A stretch of DNA of 64,000 nt, taken from Auanema rhodensis. Lineage: Eukaryota > Animalia > Nematoda. Where the stretch lies: contig OZ059897.1 of NCBI GenBank assembly GCA_964057225.1, positions 21,328,001-21,392,000 on the forward strand, written 5' to 3'. Made by a program: the position numbers and the translations under genes. Every line of letters starts with the position of its first letter. Position 1 is the first letter of the stretch. Shown here piece after piece: positions 55,330 to 64,000 of the stretch. The notes under the pieces are model-generated. The model ran no database searches. It saw only the letters and a list, made by a program, of their open reading frames with translations, and was not told the DNA's origin.

Positions 55330-56740
55330 TATGTAACTCGCTTCACGTGAAAGATAAAGAGATGCGGTTTTCAAAATTAGATTCCCCATGTCCATATTAG
55401 TCTAAAAACAAATTTTTATTGATATTGGTGCATGGTAACCATGACTTTGAAATTTACGTGAACTTTAATTTATGCTAATTAAATGTACACGTGATGTGCA
55501 CTTGGTATGTAACTCGCTTCACGTGAAAGATAAAGAGATGCGGTTTTCAAAATTAGATTCCCCATGTCCATATTAGTCTAAAAACAATTTTTTTTGATAT
55601 TGGTGCATGGTAACCAAGACTTTGAAATTTACGTGAACTTTAATTTATGCTAATCAAATGTACACGTGATGTGCACTTGGTATGTAACTCGCTTCACGTG
55701 AAAGATGAAGAGATGCGGTTTTCAAAATTAGATTCCCCATGTCCATATTAGTCTAAAAATAAATTTTTATTGATATTGGTTCATGGTAACCATGACTTTG
55801 AAATTTACGTGAACTTTAATTTATGCTAATTAAATGTACACGTGATGTGCACTTGGTATGTAACTCGCTCCACGTGAAAGATAAAGAGATGCGGTTTTCA
55901 AAATTAGATTCCCCATGTCCATATTAGTCTAAAAACAAATTTTTATTGATATTGGTTCATGGTAACCATGACTTTGAAATTTACGTGAATTTTAATTTAT
56001 GCTAATTAAATGTACACGTGATGTGCACTTGGTATGTAACTCGCTTCACGTGAAAGATAAAGAGATGCGGTTTTCAAAATTAGATTCCCCATGTCCATAT
56101 TAGTCTAAAAACAAATTTTTATTGATATTGGTGCATGGTAACCATGACTTTGAAATTTACGTGAACTTTAATTTATGCTAATTAAATGTACACGTGATGT
56201 GCACTTGGTATGTAACTCGCTTCACGTGAAAGATAAAGAGATGCGGTTTTCAAAATTAGATTCCCCATGTCCATATTAGTCTAAAAACAATTTTTTTTGA
56301 TATTGGTGCATGGTAACCAAGACTTTGAAATTTACGTGAACTTTAATTTATGCTAATCAAATGTACACGTGATGTGCACTTGGTATGTAACTCGCTTCAC
56401 GTGAAAGATGAAGAGATGCGGTTTTCAAAATTAGATTCCCCATGTCCATATTAGTCTAAAAATAAATTTTTATTGATATTGGTTCATGGTAACCATGACT
56501 TTGAAATTTACGTGAACTTTAATTTATGCTAATTAAATGTACACGTGATGTGCACTTGGTATGTAACTCGCTCCACGTGAAAGATAAAGAGATGCGGTTT
56601 TCAAAATTAGATTCCCCATGTCCATATTAGTCTAAAAACAAATTTTTATTGATATTGGTTCATGGTAACCATGACTTTGAAATTTACGTGAACTTTAATT
56701 TATGCTAATTAAATGTACACGTGATGTGCACTTGGTATGT
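55330..56740 (+). repeat. Tetramer duplication (703 bp)
   Basis: taatCaa at 55655/56358, each with linked ccaAga, gatGaag, aaaaTaa and ctCc. A third copy has the marker at 61457. Boundaries are approximate. Confidence 0.8.
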
Positions 56741-57099
56741 AACTCGCTTCACGTGAAAGATAAAGAGATGCGGTTTTCAAAATTAGATTCCCCATGTCCA
56801 TATTAGTCTAAAAACAAATTTTTATTGATATTGGTTCATGGTAACCATGACTTTGAAATTTACATGAACTTTATTTTATGCTAATTAAATGTACACGTGA
56901 TGTGCACTTGGTATGTAACTCGCTTCACGTGAAAGATAAAGAGATGCGGTTTTCAAAATTAGATTCCCCATGTCCATATTAGTCTAAAAACAAATTTTTA
57001 TTGATATTGGTGCATGGTAACCATGACTTTGAAATTTACGTGAACTTTAATTTATGCTAATTAAATGTACACGTGATGTGCACTTGGTATGTAACTCGC

Positions 57100-60000
57100 T
57101 TCACGTAAAAGATGAAGAGATGCGGTTTTCAAAATTAGATTCCTCATGTCCATATTAGTCTAAAAACAAATTTTTATTGATATTGGTGCATGGTAACCAT
57201 GACTTTGAAATTTACGTGAACTTTAATTTATGCTAATTAAATGTACACGTGATGTGCACTTGGTATGTAACTCGCTTCACGTGAAAGATAAAGAGATGCG
57301 GTTTTCAAAATTAGATTCCCCATGTCCATATTAGTCTAAAAACAAATTTTTATTGATATTGGTTCATGGTAACCATGACTTTGAAATTTACGTGAACTTT
57401 AATTTATGCTAATTAAATGTACACGTGATGTGCACTTGGTATGTAACTCGCTTCACGAGAAAGATAAAGAGATGCGGTTTTCAAAATTAGATTCCCCATG
57501 TCCATATTAGTCTAAAAACAAATTTTTATTGATATTGGTTCATGGTAACCAAGACTTTGAAATTTACGTGAACTTTAATTTATGCTAATTAAATGTACAC
57601 GTGATGTGCACTTGGTATGTAACTCGCTTCACGTGAAAGATAAAGAGATGCGGTTTTCAAAATTAGATTCCCCATGTCCATATTAGTCTAAAAACAAATT
57701 TTTATTGATATTGGTTCATGGTAACCATGACTTTGAAATTTACGTGAACTTTAATTTATGCTAATTAAATGTACACGTGATGTGCACTTGGTATGTAACT
57801 CGCTTCACGTGAAAGATAAAGAGATGCGGTTTTCAAAATTAGATTCCCCATGTCCATATTAGTCTAAAAACGAATTTTTATCGATATTGGTTCATGGTAA
57901 CCATGACTTTGAAATTTACGTGAACTTTAATTTATGCTAATTAAATGTACACGTGATGTGCACTTGGTATGTAACTCGCTTCACGTGAAAGATAAAGAGA
58001 TTCGGTTTTCAAAATTAGATTCCCCATGTCCATATTAGTCTAAAAACAAATTTTTATCGATATTGGTTCATGGTAACCATGACTTTGAAATTTACGTGAA
58101 CTTTAATTTATGCTAATTAAATGTACACGTGATGTGCACTTGGTATGTAACTCGCTTCACGTGAAAGATAAAGAAATGCGGTTTTCAAAATTAGATTCCC
58201 CATGTCCATATTAGTCTAAAAACAAATTTTTATTGATATTGGTGCATGGTAACCATGACTTTGAAATTTACGTGAACTTTAATTTATGCTAATTAAATGT
58301 ACACGTGATGTGCACTTGGTATGTAACTCGCTTCACGTGAAAGATAAAGAGATGCGGTTTTCAAAATTAGATTCCCCATGTCCATATTAGTCTAAAAACA
58401 AATTTTTTTGATATTGGTGCATGGTAACCAAGACTTTGAAATTTACGTGAACTTTAATTTATGCTAATTAAATGTACACGTGATGTGCACTTGGTATGTA
58501 ACTCGCTTCACGTGAAAGATGAAGAGATGCGGTTTTCAAAATTAGATTCCCCATGTCCATATTAGTCTAAAACAAATTTTTATTGATATTGGTTCATGGT
58601 AACCATGACTTTGAAATTTACGTGAACTTTAATTTATGCTAATTAAATGTACACGTGATGTGCACTTGGTATGTAACTCGCTTCACGTAAAAGATGAAGA
58701 GATGCGGTTTTCAAAATTAGATTCCTCATGTCCATATTAGTCTAAAAACAAATTTTTATTGATATTGGTGCATGGTAACCATGACTTTGAAATTTACGTG
58801 AACTTTAATTTATGCTAATTAAATGTACACGTGATGTGCACTTGGTATGTAACTCGCTTCACGTGAAAGATAAAGAGATGCGGTTTTCAAAATTAGATTC
58901 CCCATGTCCATATTAGTCTAAAAACAAATTTTTATTGATATTGGTTCATGGTAACCATGACTTTGAAATTTACGTGAACTTTAATTTATGCTAATTAAAT
59001 GTACACGTGATGTGCACTTGGTATGTAACTCGCTTCACGAGAAAGATAAAGAGATGCGGTTTTCAAAATTAGATTCCCCATGTCCATATTAGTCTAAAAA
59101 CAAATTTTTATTGATATTGGTTCATGGTAACCAAGACTTTGAAATTTACGTGAACTTTAATTTATGCTAATTAAATGTACACGTGATGTGCACTTGGTAT
59201 GTAACTCGCTTCACGTGAAAGATAAAGAGATGCGGTTTTCAAAATTAGATTCCCCATGTCCATATTAGTCTAAAAACAAATTTTTATTGATATTGGTTCA
59301 TGGTAACCATGACTTTGAAATTTACGTGAACTTTAATTTATGCTAATTAAATGTACACGTGATGTGCACTTGGTATGTAACTCGCTTCACGTGAAAGATA
59401 AAGAGATGCGGTTTTCAAAATTAGATTCCCCATGTCCATATTAGTCTAAAAACGAATTTTTATCGATATTGGTTCATGGTAACCATGACTTTGAAATTTA
59501 CGTGAACTTTAATTTATGCTAATTAAATGTACACGTGATGTGCACTTGGTATGTAACTCGCTTCACGTGAAAGATAAAGAGATTCGGTTTTCAAAATTAG
59601 ATTCCCCATGTCCATATTAGTCTAAAAACAAATTTTTATCGATATTGGTTCATGGTAACCATGACTTTGAAATTTACGTGAACTTTAATTTATGCTAATT
59701 AAATGTACACGTGATGTGCACTTGGTATGTAACTCGCTTCACGTGAAAGATAAAGAAATGCGGTTTTCAAAATTAGATTCCCCATGTCCATATTAGTCTA
59801 AAAACAAATTTTTATTGATATTGGTGCATGGTAACCATGACTTTGAAATTTACGTGAACTTTAATTTATGCTAATTAAATGTACACGTGATGTGCACTTG
59901 GTATGTAACTCGCTTCACGTGAAAGATAAAGAGATGCGGTTTTCAAAATTAGATTCCCCATGTCCATATTAGTCTAAAAACAAATTTTTTTGATATTGGT

Positions 60001-60170
60001 GCATGGTAACCAAGACTTTGAAATTTACGTGAACTTTAATTTATGCTAATTAAATGTACACGTGATGTGCACTTGGTATGTAACTCGCTTCACGTGAAAG
60101 ATGAAGAGATGCGGTTTTCAAAATTAGATTCCCCATGTCCATATTAGTCTAAAACAAATTTTTATTGATA
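57100..60170 (+). repeat. Tandem duplication of a 9-monomer block (1582 bp)
   Basis: acGaatt 57872/59454, with linked ccaAga (57552/59134) and agaAatgc (58175/59757). A further related copy has acGaatt at 62613. Boundaries are approximate. Confidence 0.85.
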
Positions 60171-63100
60171 TTGGTTCATTTTAACCATGACTTTGAAATT
60201 TACGTGAACTTTAATTTATGCTAATTAAATGTACACGTGATGTGCACTTGGTATGTAACTCGCTCCACGTGAAAGATAAAGAGATGCGGTTTTCAAAATT
60301 AGATTCCCCATGTCCATATTAGTCTAAAAACAAATTTTTATTGATATTGGTTCATGGTAACCATGACTTTGAAATTTACGTGAACTTTAATTTATGCTAA
60401 TTAAATGTACACGTGATGTGCACTTGGTATGTAACTCGCTTCACGTGAAAGATAAAGAGATGCGGTTTTCAAAATTAGATTTCCCATGTCCATATTAGTC
60501 TAAAAACAAATTTTTATTGATATTGGTTCATGGTAACCATGACTTTGAAATTTACGTGAACTTTATTTTATGCTAATTAAATGTACACGTGATGTGCACT
60601 TGGTATGTAACTCGCTTCACGTGAAAGATAAAGAGATGCGGTTTTCAAAATTAGATTCCCCATGTCCATATTAGTCTAAAAACAAATTTTTATTGATATT
60701 GGTGCATGGTAACCATGACTTTGAAATTTACGTGAACTTTAATTTATGCTAATTAAATGTACACGTGATCTGCACTTGGTATGTAACTCGCTTCACGTAA
60801 AAGATGAAGAGATGCGGTTTTCAAAATTAGATTCCTCATGTCCATATTAGTCTAAAAACAAATTTTTATTGATATTGGTGCATGGTAACCATGACTTTGA
60901 AATTTACGTGAACTTTAATTTATGCTAATTAAATGTACACGTGATGTGCACTTGGTATGTAACTCGCTTCACGTGAAAGATCAAGAGATGCGGTTTTCAA
61001 AATTAGATTCCCCATGTCCATATTAGTCTAAAAACACATTTTTATTGATATTGGTTCATGGTAACCATGACTTTGAAATTTACGTGAACTTTAATTTATG
61101 CTAATTAAATGTACACGTGATGTGCACTTGGTATGTAACTCGCTTCACGTGAGAGATAAAGAGATGCGGTTTTCAAAATTAGATTCCCCATTTCCATATT
61201 AGTCTAAAAACAAATTTTTATTGATATTGGTGCATGGTAACCATGACTTTGAAATTTACGTGAACTTTAATTTATGCTAATTAAATGTACACGTGATGTG
61301 CACTTGGTATGTAACTCGCTTCACGTGAAAGATAAAGAGATGCGGTTTTCAAAATTAGATTCCCCATGTCCATATTAGTCTAAAAACAATTTTTTTTGAT
61401 ATTGGTGCATGGTAACCAAGACTTTGAAATTTACGTGAACTTTAATTTATGCTAATCAAATGTACACGTGATGTGCACTTGGTATGTAACTCGCTTCACG
61501 TGAAAGATGAAGAGATGCGGTTTTCAAAATTAGATTCCCCATGTCCATATTAGTCTAAAAATAAATTTTTATTGATATTGGTTCATGGTAACCATGACTT
61601 TGAAATTTACGTGAACTTTAATTTATGCTAATTAAATGTACACGTGATGTGCACTTGGTATGTAACTCGCTCCACGTGAAAGATAAAGAGATGCGGTTTT
61701 CAAAATTAGATTCCCCATGTCCATATTAGTCTAAAAACAAATTTTTATTGATATTGGTTCATGGTAACCATGACTTTGAAATTTACGTGAACTTTAATTT
61801 ATGCTAATTAAATGTACACGTGATGTGCACTTGGTATGTAACTCGCTTCACGTGAAAGATAAAGAGATGCGGTTTTCAAAATTAGATTCCCCATGTCCAT
61901 ATTAGTCTAAAAACAAATTTTTATTGATATTGGTTCATGGTAACCATGACTTTGAAATTTACATGAACTTTATTTTATGCTAATTAAATGTACACGTGAT
62001 GTGCACTTGGTATGTAACTCGCTTCACGTGAAAGATAAAGAGATGCGGTTCTCAAAATTAGATTCCCCATGTCCATATTAGTCTAAAAACAAATTTTTAT
62101 TGATATTGGTTCATGGTAACCATGACTTTGAAATTTACGTGAACTTTAATTTATGCCAATTAAATGTACACGTGATGTGCACTTGGTATGTAACTCGCTT
62201 CACGAGAAAGATAAAGAGATGCGGTTTTCAAAATTAGATTCCCCATGTCCATATTAGTCTAAAAACAAATTTTTATTGGTTCATGGTAACCAAGACTTTG
62301 AAATTTACGTGAACTTTAATTTATGCTAATTAAATGTACACGTGATGTGCACTTGGTATGTAACCCGCTTCACGTGAAAGATAAAGAGATGCGGTTTTCA
62401 AAATTAGATTCCCCATGTCCATATTAGTCTAAAAACAAATTTTTATTGATATTGGTTCATGGTAACCATGACTTTGAAATTTACGTGAACTTTAATTTAT
62501 GCTAATTAAATGTACACGTGATGTGCACTTGGTATGTAACTCGCTTCACGTGAAAGATAAAGAGATGCGGTTTTCAAAATTAGATTCCCCATGTCCATAT
62601 TAGTCTAAAAACGAATTTTTATCGATATTGGTTCATGGTAACCATGACTTTGAAATTTACGTGAACTTTAATTTATGCTAATTAAATGTACACGTGATGT
62701 GCACTTGGTATGTAACTCGCTTCACGTGAAAGATAAAGAGATTCGGTTTTCAAAATTAGATTCCCCATGTCCATATTAGTCTAAAAACAAATTTTTATCG
62801 ATATTGGTTCATGGTAACCATGACTTTGAAATTTACGTGAACTTTAATTTATGCTAATTAAATGTACACGTGATGTGCACTTGGTATGTAACTCGCTTCA
62901 CGTGAAAGATAAAGAAATGCGGTTTTCAAAATTAGATTCCCCATGTCCATATTAGTCTAAAAACAAATTTTTATTGATATTGGTGCATGGTAACCAAGAC
63001 TTTGAAATTTACGTGAACTTTAATTTATGCTAATTAAATGTACACGTGATGTGCACTTGGTATGTAACTCGCTTCACGTGAAAGATGAAGAGATGCGGTT

Positions 63101-64000
63101 TTCAAAATTAGATTCCCCATGTCCATATTAGTCTAAAAACAAATTCTTATTGATATTGGTTCATGGTAACCATGACTTTGAAATTTACGTGAACTTTAAT
63201 TTATGCTAATTAAATGTACACGTGATGTGCACTTGGTATGTAACTCGCTTCACGTGAAAGATAAAGAGATGCGGTTTTCAAAATTAGATTCCCCATGTCC
63301 ATATTAGTCTAAAAACAAATTTTTATCGATATTGGTTCATGGTAACCATGACTTTGAAATTTACGTGAACTTTAATTTATGCTAATTAGATGTACACGTG
63401 ATGTGCACTCGGTATGTAACTCGCTTCACGTGAAAGATAAAGAGATGCGGTTTTCAAAATTAGATTCCCCATGTCCATATTAGTCTAAAAACAAATTTTT
63501 ATTGATATTGGTTCATGGTAACCATGACTTTGAAATTTACGTGTACTTTAATTTATGCTAATTAAATGTACACGTGATGTGCACTTGGTATGTAACTCGC
63601 TTCACGTGAAAGATAAAGAGATGCGGTTTTCAAAATTAGATTCCCCATGTCCATATTAGTCTAAAAACAAATTTTTATTGATATTGGTTCATGGTAACCA
63701 TGACTTTGAAATTTACGTGAACTTTAATTTATGCTAATTAAATGTACACGTGATGTGCACTTGGTATGTAACTCGCTTCACGTGAAAGATAAAGAGATGC
63801 GGTTTTCAAAATTAGATTCCCCATGTCCATATTAGTCTAAAAACAAAAAATTTTATTGATATTGGTTCATGGTAACCATGACTTTGAAATTTACGTGAAC
63901 TTTAATTTATGCTAATTAAATGTACACGTGATGTGCACTTGGTATGTAACTCGCTTCACGTGAAAGATAAAGAGATGCGGTTTTCAAAATTAGATTCCCC

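Larger units (their letters stand above)
53800..61190 (+). repeat. Dispersed block copy (about 53800-55030 and 59950-61190), offset 6154 bp (35 monomers minus 6 bp)
   Basis: Markers: catTTtaacc 54026/60180, gatCtgc 54616/60770, caCatt 54883/61037, gaGagat 54999/61153. Confidence 0.85.
1..64000 (+). repeat. Tandem satellite DNA array, 176-bp monomer, about 365 copies, extending beyond both window ends
   Basis: The unit restarts at 1, 177, 353 ... 2641 (15x176+1) and 5281 (30x176+1). The last monomer starts at 63961. 365x176 minus the observed indels (4x64 bp, 21x1 bp and 1x6 bp lost; 1 bp and 2 bp gained) equals 63960 exactly. The consensus has 56/176 G+C. All copies are in one orientation; the strand label is arbitrary. 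Confidence 0.99.

Noticed and set aside
63841-63856. Singleton homopolymer changes (caaaaaatttt here; extra A at 10441-10446)
   Set aside because: Single-copy changes in A/T runs cannot be told apart from sequencing or consensus error without reads.
1-64000. CRISPR-like or other repeat-spacer array
   Set aside because: There are no unique spacers: the entire 176 bp is repeated. No cas or other genes are present.
1-64000. Tandem RNA gene array (5S rRNA, tRNA, snRNA, spliced leader) or rDNA spacer
   Set aside because: I recognise no Pol III A/B/C boxes, cloverleaf or conserved RNA sequence in the unit.
1-64000. One fixed-period HOR, or a deliberate code in the SNP pattern
   Set aside because: Offsets vary from 2 to 35 monomers and are explained by overlapping duplications. 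No global period is visible.

Overview
The whole 64-kb window is one uninterrupted, head-to-tail, single-orientation array of a 176-bp AT-rich satellite monomer (about 32% GC). By hand count there are 365 monomers plus a 40-bp partial. It looks like eukaryotic (peri)centromeric or heterochromatic satellite DNA, but I do not recognise the family or the species. Consensus: TGAAAGATAAAGAGATGCGGTTTTCAAAATTAGATTCCCCATGTCCATATTAGTCTAAAAACAAATTTTTATTGATATTGGTTCATGGTAACCATGACTTTGAAATTTACGTGAACTTTAATTTATGCTAATTAAATGTACACGTGATGTGCACTTGGTATGTAACTCGCTTCACG. Monomers differ from it by about 0-7 positions. I found no credible genes, RNA genes, transposons, CRISPR spacers or inversions, and no new gene-based system is supported. 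The two 60-aa ORFs come from a single TAG>CAG change inside a duplicated block. The information is in the variant pattern. Diagnostic SNPs reveal nested duplications at offsets of 2, 3, 4, 5, 9, 11, 18, 23/26, 27, 31 and 35 monomers, plus haplotypes shared across 18 kb and 52 kb. A 77-bp deletion with a 13-nt locally templated insertion (a Pol-theta-like repair scar) has been amplified to four copies. The monomer is rich in dyads and carries three ACGTGA motifs spaced 33 and 32 bp apart. All variant calls were made by eye.
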